A DNA stretch of 64,000 nucleotides from Myxococcota bacterium (lineage in GTDB: Bacteria; Myxococcota_A; UBA796; CAJQPC01), in assembly GCA_036229005.1 (NCBI GenBank), contig JAZAMN010000006.1:32001-96000 (forward strand), read 5' to 3'. The notes under the pieces were generated by a model that worked only from the letters and a program-made list of their open reading frames with translations, searched no databases and was not told the origin of the DNA. The stretch's first letter is position 1, and each line of letters begins with the position of its first letter. The translations under genes were made by a program, and so were the position numbers. Below, piece by piece: positions 29,522 to 38,560 of the stretch.

Positions 29522-30480
29522 TGGGCACCTCCGGTGTCGTCGGTGGAGCTGCCCTCGCCGGAGCAGAACTCGTCCTCGTTGCCAGCGCCGTAGTAGTAGC
29601 GGATGGCGATCTGGGCGTTGGGGGGCGGCATGTTGCTGCGGTCAAAGACCACGGCGGGCTGCTCATCCACGTGGGTGAAGGTCCAGGTGCCCTCGCTGCA
29701 GTCCACGGCGGTGTCGTCGATGGACACTTCGAGGGTGGAGACGTCAGGCTCCGCGCTCAGGTAGAAGGTGTCCTGCAGGCGGCTGGCGTTGAGCGAGAGC
29801 TCCGTGACGATGTCCGCGAAGTCGTTGGCGCAGATGTTTCCGATGACGCCGTCGGTCTCGGAGGCCATGTCGATGTAGCGGTCGCCCTTTGTGGAGTACG
29901 CGTCGCAGCCGTTGGGGTCGGTCACGATGAGCGAGCTGGCGTTGAAGACGTCGCGGGAGCGGGCGCCCTTGATGTCCTCGAAGGCCCGGATGTACTCGTA
30001 GACGGGCAGGGGAGAGCTGTCCTCTTCGTCCGAGACGAAGATGATGGACAGGGAGGCGTCGTCGCGCAGGAAGCCCGGGTTCTTGCTGCCGGAGAGCGCC
30101 AGGTAGGCGGCCTCCAGGCCCATCTCAGAGGCGGAGCCGCTGGTGCCGACCTGCACGATGTCCTTGAAGATCTCAGCGCCGTTGGGCGTGTCCGGGGTGA
30201 CGACCTGCCCGACCAGCGTGCCCGCCTGGGCCTTCACGACGTCGGTGGTGACCACGCCGATCTGGTAGCCGATGTTGGCGTCGGTGAAGTAGCTGATGAA
30301 CTGCTCGAAGTTGGTCGAGAGCTTGTCCTGGTAGGGCTGCATGGAGCCGCTGTCGTCGATGACCAGGAGGATGTCGACCTCGGACGCGGGGTCCTGATAG
30401 AAGACATCGGTGCCGTCGTAGAGCACGAGCTCGTAGTCGGAGCAGCCAAGAAAAGACAGCGCGAGAAGCGCAAGGTGCAT
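29518..30480 (-). CDS. vWA-domain lipoprotein
   Basis: Lipobox FLGC; MIDAS DILLVIDDSGSM, IGVVTTD, FLRDDASLSIIFVSDEEDSS. Confidence 0.88.
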   Translation of the reverse strand: MHLALLALSFLGCSDYELVLYDGTDVFYQDPASEVDILLVIDDSGSMQPYQDKLSTNFEQFISYFTDANIGYQIGVVTTDVVKAQAGTLVGQVVTPDTPNGAEIFKDIVQVGTSGSASEMGLEAAYLALSGSKNPGFLRDDASLSIIFVSDEEDSSPLPVYEYIRAFEDIKGARSRDVFNASSLIVTDPNGCDAYSTKGDRYIDMASETDGVIGNICANDFADIVTELSLNASRLQDTFYLSAEPDVSTLEVSIDDTAVDCSEGTWTFTHVDEQPAVVFDRSNMPPPNAQIAIRYYYGAGNEDEFCSGEGSSTDDTGGAQ

Positions 30481-30511
30481 GATTTCTCCTTCACCTGCCG
30501 GAGAGCACGGC

Positions 30512-30540
30512 AAGATGCCCCGTAGATCCCGATACGTCAA
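30512..30540 (-). promoter_or_regulatory. Putative sigma70 promoter of the vWA gene
   Basis: Minus strand TTGACG-N17-CATCTT, about 30 nt upstream of ATG 30480. Confidence 0.4.
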
Positions 30541-30569
30541 GCCCTTGTTGTGGAGCCTCGCGCAGTCCT

Positions 30570-31082
30570 GTGGATAGTCAGCGTCCCCCCATCTCGCGCC
30601 ACCTGGACCGTTGGATGACGCGCGGGCTGCGTCTGGCTGGGCGTGTCCTCGGGCGGCCCAGCGATGACCTGCTGCAGCAGCTCACCGGGAGGCAACGCGG
30701 TGGCCCCGCTGGTGTTCAGGGCTCCGCAAGCTATCTGCACCACCTGGAGACCGGTAGGCGCGCGCTGGAGACGGGGCAGCTCGGGGAGGCGCTGTTCCAC
30801 TTCTCCCAGGCCACCGAGCTCGCGCCCGAGCAGTCTTGGGGCTGGCACGGTCGGGGCGACGCGCTGCAGCTCTCGGGGCAGCACCAGGGAGCGCGGGAGG
30901 CCTACGAGCGGGCTGTGGAGCTGTCACCGGATCAGGCCCTGCACCACGGGGCGCTTGGGAACGCACTCCACGCCTTGGGATTGCGCGCCGCAGCCGAGGA
31001 CACCTGGAGGCACGCGCTCACCCTGGAGCCCGGCTTGGAGCTGGCTTTGCAGGGCTTGGAGCGCCTGGAGCAGGGCAGGTGA
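30570..31082 (+). CDS. TPR protein
   Basis: ELAPEQSWGWHGRGDAL, YERAVELSPDQALHHGALGNAL; start uncertain. Confidence 0.8.
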   Translation: MDSQRPPISRHLDRWMTRGLRLAGRVLGRPSDDLLQQLTGRQRGGPAGVQGSASYLHHLETGRRALETGQLGEALFHFSQATELAPEQSWGWHGRGDALQLSGQHQGAREAYERAVELSPDQALHHGALGNALHALGLRAAAEDTWRHALTLEPGLELALQGLERLEQGR

Positions 31083-31134
31083 GGGGAGCACTCCGCGCTG
31101 GGTCGGTTATCAGCCCGGGACCAGGAGACTCCAC

Positions 31135-32652
31135 ATGCTCGAGACGCTGTCTGATGGCTTCCGCAAGGCCCGACTCAAGGTCCAGGGCAAGACCGAGCTG
31201 AACGAAGACAACATCGCCGACGCGCTGCGTGATGTGCGCGTGTCCCTCCTCGAAGCCGACGTCGAGCTCGGCGTGGTCAAGGCCTTCTTGGCCCGGGTCA
31301 AGGAGCGGAGCCTGGGCGATGTCGTGACCCTCAAGGGCACCGGCAAGAACAAGGGCACCAAGCTCAGCGCTGGCGATCACTTCATCAAGGTCTGCCACGA
31401 CGAGCTGATGAGCCTGATGGGGCCGGTGGACACCTCGCTGGAGCTGTCCGGCGAGCCCGCGCTCATCATGATGTGCGGCCTGCAGGGCTCCGGCAAGACC
31501 ACCACCTCGGGCAAGCTCGCCAAGCGCCTGCTGGCCCAGGGCCGCAAGCCCATGCTGGTGGCCGCCGACATCTACCGCCCGGCCGCGATCGACCAGCTCA
31601 TGACCCTGGGCCGCAAGCTGGGCGTGCCCGTGTTCTCGATCAAGGGCATGGACCCCGTGCAGCTCTGCAAGCTGGCGGTGACCCAGGCGCGCAACGTGGG
31701 CCGCGACACGGTGATCTTCGACACCGCCGGCCGCCTGGCGATCGACAACGCCCTGATGCAGGAGCTGGTCGACATCAAGGCGCAGACCAAGCCGGACAAC
31801 ATCCTGTTCGTCTGCGACGCGATGATCGGTCAGGACGCCGTGCGCACCGCCAAGGAGTTCGACGCCAAGCTGGACTTCACCGGCTTCGTGCTGACCAAGC
31901 TGGACGGCGACGCCCGCGGCGGTGCAGCGCTCTCCATCAAGGAGGTCACCGGCAAGCCCATCAAGTTCCTGGGCATGGGCGAGGGCCTGGGCGAGCTGGA
32001 GGACTTCCGTCCCCAGGGCCTGGCGGATCGCATCCTGGGCTTTGGCGACGTGGTCGGCCTGGTCCAGGACTTCGAGAAGCACATGGACCAGGACGAGGCC
32101 GAAGCGGACGCCAAGAAGATGCTCCGCGGCGACTTCACCTTCGATGACTTCCTCAAGCAGCTCGAGACCGTCCAGAAGATGGGCTCGCTCAAGTCGCTGT
32201 TCGAGCGCCTGCCCTTCTTTGACGACATGAAGAAGATGATCCCGGCCGAGGCCCTGGACGACAAGGAGCTGGTCAAGGTCAAGGCGGTCATCCACTCCAT
32301 GACCCGCCAGGAGCGGAACTTCCCCGATGTGCTCGACGGCAACCAGAGCCGCTGGGAGCGCATCGCCAAGGGCTGCGGCCGCGAGCCCAAGGAGATCGGC
32401 GAGCTCTACGAGCGCTTCGTCCAGGCCCGCGCGATGATGAAGCAGATGGGCGACTCCGGGCTCTTTGGGGGCCTGATGGGGGGCGGCGGCATGCCCGCGA
32501 TGCCTGGGATGCCGGGGCTGGGGGTCAACCCGGGCCTCACTCCTCCGGGGACCGCGCCCAACCCGCCCCGCGAGCTGAGCGCCAAGGAGAAGGCCGCCAA
32601 GCGCAAGGCCCGGAAGAACGCCCGCAAGTCCCGAAAGCGCAACAAGAAGTAG
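31135..32652 (+). CDS. ffh: Signal recognition particle protein
   Basis: LLEADV, GLQGSGKTT, DTAGR, TKLDGDARGGAAL, Met-rich M domain. Confidence 0.98.
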   Translation: MLETLSDGFRKARLKVQGKTELNEDNIADALRDVRVSLLEADVELGVVKAFLARVKERSLGDVVTLKGTGKNKGTKLSAGDHFIKVCHDELMSLMGPVDTSLELSGEPALIMMCGLQGSGKTTTSGKLAKRLLAQGRKPMLVAADIYRPAAIDQLMTLGRKLGVPVFSIKGMDPVQLCKLAVTQARNVGRDTVIFDTAGRLAIDNALMQELVDIKAQTKPDNILFVCDAMIGQDAVRTAKEFDAKLDFTGFVLTKLDGDARGGAALSIKEVTGKPIKFLGMGEGLGELEDFRPQGLADRILGFGDVVGLVQDFEKHMDQDEAEADAKKMLRGDFTFDDFLKQLETVQKMGSLKSLFERLPFFDDMKKMIPAEALDDKELVKVKAVIHSMTRQERNFPDVLDGNQSRWERIAKGCGREPKEIGELYERFVQARAMMKQMGDSGLFGGLMGGGGMPAMPGMPGLGVNPGLTPPGTAPNPPRELSAKEKAAKRKARKNARKSRKRNKK

Positions 32653-32709
32653 GCGCTGGGGGCTCACGGTCAGAGGGCGCGAATCCGATCCAGTCACTGG
32701 AGGTGATTC

Positions 32710-33582
32710 GTGCGCTACGACCGACCGCATCTGGTCCGCCTGCTGCGCCAGCTCAATGAGACCCAGGGCAGCGATCTGCTGCTCAAGGTCCCCGGCCGCC
32801 CCGCGCTCCGCATCGACGGAGAGATGGTACGGCTGGCCGAAGAGCCCTTGCGACCGGTGGACACCAAGAACGCCGCCATGGCCCTGATGGGGCTGGCGGA
32901 CACCGAGATCCCGCTCATGCACCTCAAGGAGCACGAGCTGGCCTTTGGCATGCCGGGGGTGGGGCGATTCCGCGCCCTGATCTACCGACAGCGCGGCAGC
33001 ATCGGGATCTCCGTGCACCGCCTGGCCATGCAGAGCCCCAAGGTGGAGGAGCTGGGCCTGGATCCCAAGGTGGTCCAGGGCATCACGGGCCTCTCGCTGG
33101 TCTGCGGATCGCGGGAGCGGCAGGCCCTGGCGGCCATCGTGGACCACTGGAACCACAAGGTCGGCGGCCACATCGTCGTGCTGGAGGACCAGATCGAGTA
33201 TCTGCACCGGGACGCCCGGGCGGCGGTCTCGCACCGCGAGGTGGGGATCGACACCGAGAACTGGGAGACCGGCCTGTGCAGCGCCATGCGCCACGACGCC
33301 GATCTGGTCGTCCTGGGCAGAGTGCGCGATGTCCAGGCCGCCGAGAAGGTGCTCCAGGCCGTCGAGCATGGCAAGCGCGTGCTGGTCTCGCTGCCCGCCA
33401 CCAGCCCCAAGGCCGCCCTGAACAGCTTCATCCGGCTCTTTGGGCAGGAGCGGGAGAAGGAGGTCCGGAGCCGCCTGCTGCAGGTCTTTGGGGCCTCCAT
33501 CTACCTGGGCAAGCGGGGCGTGGCCCACCTGGTCCGGGAGGAGCTCGAAGCGAGTCTGCAGGCCCGCCGACAGGCCTCCTGA
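32710..33582 (+). CDS. PilT/PilU-like ATPase homolog lacking Walker motifs
   Basis: GSDLLL, RIDGEM, GVGRFR, RQRG, LEDQIEYLH, HREVGIDT are colinear with PilT. Confidence 0.85.
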   Translation: MRYDRPHLVRLLRQLNETQGSDLLLKVPGRPALRIDGEMVRLAEEPLRPVDTKNAAMALMGLADTEIPLMHLKEHELAFGMPGVGRFRALIYRQRGSIGISVHRLAMQSPKVEELGLDPKVVQGITGLSLVCGSRERQALAAIVDHWNHKVGGHIVVLEDQIEYLHRDARAAVSHREVGIDTENWETGLCSAMRHDADLVVLGRVRDVQAAEKVLQAVEHGKRVLVSLPATSPKAALNSFIRLFGQEREKEVRSRLLQVFGASIYLGKRGVAHLVREELEASLQARRQAS

Positions 33583-33588
33583 ACCGCT

Positions 33589-34854
33589 CTACTGCAGAGC
33601 CCCTCGCACAAGGTCAAGGCTGCTGGCCGGAGCGAGGTAGGGAGGCTCGCCCTGGGTGGACTGGACCACGCGGCCGCCGTCGACCTCCTGGCCGATGTTC
33701 ACGCGGATGACCTCGTAGCCGTTGTCCAGCTCCACCCAAGCGGTGACCACCGTGGGGGAGGGGACCGGTGCGCGCCGATCTCCCATGGCCGAGGTCGCCA
33801 GCTCCATGGGGATTCGGCCCTGCTCGGGGTCGGGCTGTCCGTCCACGGTCCAGGCGTTCTGCTCGACCCGCCAGGTGCGCTCGCTGCCCTCCCAGTGCAC
33901 CGTCACGCGGGCCAGGCTGGAGGGGGAGATGGGGGCCAGGCGGTCCTCCAGGACATCGGAGGCGGCCAGCTCCAGGGCGTCGAAGCCGCCGATGGTGCCG
34001 CTGCGGCCCTCGGGGCTGAGCACGTACATGCCCAGGGGATCCGGCACCAGGAAGAGCATCTCTCGCGGGCCCTGCTCGTCCACCCAGCGCAGGCGGGCGT
34101 GGGGGACCTCGGACTTGGTGGTGGGGCTGCCGAAGGTCTCGAACTTGAGGGCGCCCACCTGCCCGAGCAGCGCGTTCATGGCGCCGTCCTTGGCCCGGCG
34201 GCCGTCCTGCATCCACCAGTGGCCGTCACGCTGCACGACGGCCCAGCTATCGGCGCTGGGGTCGGCGGAGCCATGCAGGGTCCACTGCATCTCGGTGACG
34301 GCGCTGGCGGCCACGCTGGTGACCTTGCGGTCGCGGTAGATCTCGAAGGGCCGGGTCAGGGTGGCGCGCGGCTGGGTGGTGGAGACCTGGACGTCGTCGC
34401 CGTTGAGCTGCAGGTAGCCCTTGCCGCCCACGGGGGCGTCCACACCGACGCTCAGCACGGTCTCGGAGCCGTCGCTGCGGCCCAGGATCAGCTTGGCCTG
34501 GGGCTGGTCCAGCCCGTAGCGGGCGGGGTCGGCGGCGGTCAGGGGCGGCTCCACCTGCAGGCGGTCCACCAGCAGCACCAGGTCGTCCAGGGCGATGTCG
34601 TCACCGCGTGCCTGGAAGGGCGCCAGGATCACCCAGCCGGCCTCGGAGCGCTCCGCGGACAGCGTGCCCTCGCTGGTGACCAGGTGCAGCGTGATGACGT
34701 CCTGGGGCTGGATGTCGATGAGGTCGGCCACGCTCTCGGAGCTGCTCGGATCCTGCTCGTCCTCCGCTGGCGGATCCACGAGCCGGATCACCAGGACGAG
34801 CACCAAGAGCACCAGCGCGAGGCCGGTCATCAGGCGGGTCTGCTTGTTCTCCAC
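33589..34854 (-). CDS. DUF4340-like membrane-anchored protein
   Basis: N-terminal TM; W.ILAPFQARGD, ARYGLDQP, LSVGVDAPVG..GY; repeated domain architecture. Confidence 0.75.
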   Translation of the reverse strand: MENKQTRLMTGLALVLLVLVLVIRLVDPPAEDEQDPSSSESVADLIDIQPQDVITLHLVTSEGTLSAERSEAGWVILAPFQARGDDIALDDLVLLVDRLQVEPPLTAADPARYGLDQPQAKLILGRSDGSETVLSVGVDAPVGGKGYLQLNGDDVQVSTTQPRATLTRPFEIYRDRKVTSVAASAVTEMQWTLHGSADPSADSWAVVQRDGHWWMQDGRRAKDGAMNALLGQVGALKFETFGSPTTKSEVPHARLRWVDEQGPREMLFLVPDPLGMYVLSPEGRSGTIGGFDALELAASDVLEDRLAPISPSSLARVTVHWEGSERTWRVEQNAWTVDGQPDPEQGRIPMELATSAMGDRRAPVPSPTVVTAWVELDNGYEVIRVNIGQEVDGGRVVQSTQGEPPYLAPASSLDLVRGALQ

Positions 34855-34986
34855 GTCCACTCCGAGCGGGGGGTGGGTCCCGGTAGCCTCCCCGCTGTTG
34901 ACGTCAAGCCGGGCGTGCACACTTGTGGGGCGTGACAAGGGGGGCGCGCGCCTATACGGAGCGTCCCCGAGACCGTGGAGAGTGGC

Positions 34987-35586
34987 ATGTCTGGTGAGCA
35001 GGACAACGTGGTGGAGCTGAACCCCGAGCAGGTGGAGGACGCCGCCGCGGAGATCGAGACCGCTGAGCCCACTGAGCTGGAGCGGGCCGAGGCCGAAGTC
35101 GCCGAGCTCAAGGCCAAGCTCAAGAGCGTCTCCGCTGCCTACCTCAAGCAGCAGGAGGAGATGGCCGCGTTCAAGGCGCGCATGGAGCGTCAGCGGGCCC
35201 TCAAGGAGGAGATCCTCAAGGGGGACATCGTCTCCAAGCTCTTCGAGCCCCTGGAGAACCTGCGCCGCAGCATCGACGCGCTCGAGCGCGCGGGCATGGA
35301 CAAGGACCTGCTGGGCGGCGTCGAGGCCACCTACACCAGTTTCCTGACTGGCTTCAAGGGCATGGGCATGGAGCAGTTCGGCGCGCAGGGCCAGGTGTTC
35401 GACCCCAACCTGCACGAGGCCCTGACCACCATGCCCGTCCAGGAGGAGGCGCTCGCGGACCGCGTCGTCCAGGTCTTCTCCGTGGGCTACAAGGTCGGCA
35501 CCCGCGTGATCCGCCCGGCCCGTGTCATCGTCGGCGCCTACACCGCGCCCCCCGCTCCCGCAGAAGACGCCGCCGGCGAAGAGTGA
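34987..35586 (+). CDS. grpE: Nucleotide exchange factor GrpE
   Basis: Coiled coil, FDPNLHEAL, GYKVGTRVIRPARVIV. Confidence 0.93.
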   Translation: MSGEQDNVVELNPEQVEDAAAEIETAEPTELERAEAEVAELKAKLKSVSAAYLKQQEEMAAFKARMERQRALKEEILKGDIVSKLFEPLENLRRSIDALERAGMDKDLLGGVEATYTSFLTGFKGMGMEQFGAQGQVFDPNLHEALTTMPVQEEALADRVVQVFSVGYKVGTRVIRPARVIVGAYTAPPAPAEDAAGEE

Positions 35587-36044
35587 GCCCGACGCTGCAC
35601 ATCGCGCTGCTGCGCCCGGAGATCCCTGGCAACACGGGGAACATCGGGCGCCTCTGCGTGGGCATTGGCGCGCAGCTCCACCTGATCCACCCCCTGGGCT
35701 TCGACACCAGCGAGAAGGCCGTGCGCCGCGCGGGCATCGACCACTGGAAGCTGGTTCAGGTGCGTGAGCACGCCTCGGAGGCGGCCTTTCTGGAGTGGGT
35801 CGGCGATCGCCCGCTGCACCTGCTCTCCGCGCGGGGGGAGCGCCCTTATACGCAGATCCCCGCCCAAGACGACAGCGTGCTGCTCTTTGGCTGCGAGTCC
35901 CAGGGCCTCCCGGATGCGCTGGTGGAGCGCTTCGGCGCCTTCCGAATCCCCAGCCCGGGGCCCGTCCGCAGCCTGAACCTGTCCAACGCCGTCGCCGTGG
36001 TGGCCTACCAGGCGCTGCAGGGCCTGCAGCCGGAGCTATTCTGA
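35583..36044 (+). CDS. trmL: tRNA (cytidine/uridine-34 2'-O)-methyltransferase
   Basis: PEIPGNTGNIGRLC, RRAGIDHW, FGCESQGLP, RSLNLSNA. Confidence 0.93.
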   Translation: MSPTLHIALLRPEIPGNTGNIGRLCVGIGAQLHLIHPLGFDTSEKAVRRAGIDHWKLVQVREHASEAAFLEWVGDRPLHLLSARGERPYTQIPAQDDSVLLFGCESQGLPDALVERFGAFRIPSPGPVRSLNLSNAVAVVAYQALQGLQPELF

Positions 36045-36045
36045 G

Positions 36046-37113
36046 ATGGAGGCCCCCCTCTACGCCCTGATCATCGCCGGTGGCGTGGGGGCCCGCTTCT
36101 GGCCGCGCTCCCGCAAGGCCCAGCCCAAGCAGTGCATGAGCCTGGACGGCGGGCCCACCCTGATCCAGCGGACCCTTTCCCGCCTGGAGCCCCTGATCCC
36201 GGCCGAGCGCGTGTTCGTGGTCACCGCCCAGGACATGGCGCCGCTGATCCGCGAGCAGCTCCCTCAGCTCCCCGCCGACCAGGTGCTCGTGGAGCCCATG
36301 GGGCGCAACACCGCCGCCGCCGTGGGGTGGGGGACGCTGGAGATCGCCCGCCGGGCCAAGGGCCAGGACCCCATCATCGCGGTGCTGCCCGCGGACCACC
36401 TGATCCAGGACACCGCGGAGCTCCGCAGCCTGCTGGCCGACTGCGCCCAGGCCGCCGAGCAGACCCACTCCCTGATCACCCTGGGCATCCAGCCCACGCG
36501 CCCGGAGACCGGCTTTGGCTACCTGGAGCTGGGGCCGCTGGTCGGGGACTTCGGGGAGCACCGCTTCCACGTGGTGGAGCGCTTCGTCGAGAAGCCCAAG
36601 CTGGATCGCGCCCAGCAGTACCTCGCTGGCGGGCGGCACCTCTGGAATGCGGGCATGTTCGTGTTCACCGCGGAGGTGTGCCGAGATGCCTTCCGCACCC
36701 ACCTGCCCTCCACCTGGGGCTGGATGGAGACCCTGCGGCACAGCCCGGAGCGGCTGGAGGAGATCTACCCGCAGCTCGAGAAGGTGAGCTTCGACGTGGG
36801 GATCATGGAGCGCGCGGCCAATGTGCTGACCGTCCCAGCCTCCATGGGGTGGTCGGACCTGGGGAGCTGGGAGGCCGTCGCGGAGCACCTGCCGGAGCAG
36901 CCCGGCGGCGTCGGGGTAGGGGACATCGTCGCCGTGGACGCCCAGAACAACGTGGTCCACGCCCCCGGGAAGACCGTCGCCTTGCTCGGAGTGAACGGGC
37001 TGGTCGTCGTGGACACGGGGGATGCCCTGCTGGTGTGCCCCAAGGACCAGGCCCAGCGTGTCCGGGAGCTGCACGCCGCGCTCTTGGAGCAGGGGAAGGA
37101 GGGGCTGCTCTGA
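36046..37113 (+). CDS. manC: Mannose-1-phosphate guanylyltransferase
   Basis: AGGVGARFWPRSR..PKQ, EPMGRNTA, PADHLI, ETGFGY, FVEKP, WNAGMF, WSDLGSW; no PMI domain. Confidence 0.93.
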   Translation: MEAPLYALIIAGGVGARFWPRSRKAQPKQCMSLDGGPTLIQRTLSRLEPLIPAERVFVVTAQDMAPLIREQLPQLPADQVLVEPMGRNTAAAVGWGTLEIARRAKGQDPIIAVLPADHLIQDTAELRSLLADCAQAAEQTHSLITLGIQPTRPETGFGYLELGPLVGDFGEHRFHVVERFVEKPKLDRAQQYLAGGRHLWNAGMFVFTAEVCRDAFRTHLPSTWGWMETLRHSPERLEEIYPQLEKVSFDVGIMERAANVLTVPASMGWSDLGSWEAVAEHLPEQPGGVGVGDIVAVDAQNNVVHAPGKTVALLGVNGLVVVDTGDALLVCPKDQAQRVRELHAALLEQGKEGLL

Positions 37114-37201
37114 GCGCTCCAGACCTGAGCCCACCCCTTGACGAAAAGGGGGCAAATCGCGCCGGCGCAGAGTGCTAGAATCCGCCAGCGAGGAGAACCT
37201 G

Positions 37202-37582
37202 ATGTCGGCGAGCTTGCTGCTCTTGGTCCTGACCGGCTGCGGCCCCGGAGACCTGACGGTCAACGTGGACACCGTGCCCTGCGAGAACATCGATCTCGAC
37301 GACCCGCCCGAGGTCGACGTGGTGGTGGAGCAGGACGGCAACATCACCACCCTGAGCCGGGTCCCCCTCTTCAAGGAGTGCGGCGCGACCTTCGAGCCCG
37401 ACGTGCTCGCGGACGGCGCGGTGATCGAGGTGGACGAGCTCTGGAGCGCTGGGGACGGCGACTGCTGCTACCAGGCCGAGCTCGCGATCAAGGCCGAGAA
37501 CTCCGGCGCCGAGGTCGAGGTGCTCTGGTACGAAGGGGACGCCGCGGAGCCCCTGCACACGATCGCCTTTTCGACCCCCTGA
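37202..37582 (+). CDS. Small acidic lipoprotein
   Basis: GAGGAG RBS; lipobox LTGC; four further Cys. Confidence 0.7.
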   Translation: MSASLLLLVLTGCGPGDLTVNVDTVPCENIDLDDPPEVDVVVEQDGNITTLSRVPLFKECGATFEPDVLADGAVIEVDELWSAGDGDCCYQAELAIKAENSGAEVEVLWYEGDAAEPLHTIAFSTP

Positions 37583-37606
37583 AGGCGGGCCGATAGGCCA
37601 GAGCCC

Positions 37607-38560
37607 GTGAGCAAGACAGCACTGATCACGGGAATCACGGGCCAGGACGGCTCCTACCTCGCGGAGCAGCTCCTGGAGCAGGGCTTCCGCGTCGTGGGGG
37701 TCCACCGCCGGCTGAGCGCCCCGAACCACTGGCGAATCGCGCACCTGCTGGACCGGCTGGAGCTGCGCTCCGCGGATCTGCACGACCAGGGCTCGCTCTG
37801 GGATCTGCTGGAGGATCTGCGTCCCGACGAGATCTACAACCTCGCGGCCCAGTCCTTCGTGCCCACCAGCTTCTCCCAGCCGGTGCTCACCGCCGAGGCG
37901 ACGGGCCTTGGGCTGGTGCGTCTGTTGGAAGCGGTCCGCAGGGTGAGTCCCGGCTCCCGGGTCTACCAAGCCAGCTCCTCGGAGATGTTCGGCAACGTCG
38001 CACAATGTCCCCAAGACGAGGACACCCCGCTGATGCCGGCCAGCCCCTACGCCTGCGCCAAGGTCTACGCCCACCACATGGTGCGCAACTACCGGGAGGC
38101 CTACGGGCTCTTCGCGGTCAGCGGCATCCTGTTCAACCACGAGTCGCCGCGGCGGGGGGAGGAGTTCCTGACCCGCAAGGTGGCGATGGCGGTGGCGCGC
38201 ATCAAGCGCGGCGAGCAGCGGACCCTGATGCTGGGCGACCTGAACCCCCGCCGGGACTGGGGTTTTGCCGGGGACTACACGCGGGCGATGCAGGCGATGC
38301 TTCGGCAGGAGCAGCCCAAGGACTTCGTCGTGGCCACCGGCGTGGACCACAGCGTTCAGGACTGGGTGCAGGCGAGCTTCGAGGCGGCGGACCTGGACTG
38401 GCGGGAGCACGTGCGGCAGGACCCGGCGCTGCTGCGCAAGAGCGAGGTCCATCGGCTCCGGGGCAACCCGGCCCGGGCCCGCCAGGAGCTTGGCTGGGAG
38501 ACCCAGGTGGACTTCCGAGGGCTGGTCCAGATGATGGTGCAGGCGGAGCTCTCCCCTTGA
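37607..38560 (+). CDS. gmd: GDP-mannose 4,6-dehydratase
   Basis: GITGQDGSYLA, YQASSSEMFG, SPYACAK, ILFNHESPRRG, RDWGFAGDY. Confidence 0.96.
   Translation: MSKTALITGITGQDGSYLAEQLLEQGFRVVGVHRRLSAPNHWRIAHLLDRLELRSADLHDQGSLWDLLEDLRPDEIYNLAAQSFVPTSFSQPVLTAEATGLGLVRLLEAVRRVSPGSRVYQASSSEMFGNVAQCPQDEDTPLMPASPYACAKVYAHHMVRNYREAYGLFAVSGILFNHESPRRGEEFLTRKVAMAVARIKRGEQRTLMLGDLNPRRDWGFAGDYTRAMQAMLRQEQPKDFVVATGVDHSVQDWVQASFEAADLDWREHVRQDPALLRKSEVHRLRGNPARARQELGWETQVDFRGLVQMMVQAELSP

Noticed and set aside
34898..34958. TTGACGTCAA palindrome as the grpE promoter
   Set aside because: No -10 element at acceptable spacing; cannot be supported from sequence alone
37150..37180. CIRCE-like half site GAGTGCTAG
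   Set aside because: No matching left arm at 9-nt spacing and not upstream of a chaperone gene
34855..37374. N-terminal extension making a 1261-aa minus-strand ORF
   Set aside because: Overlaps grpE, trmL and manC on the other strand; the real gene starts near 34854
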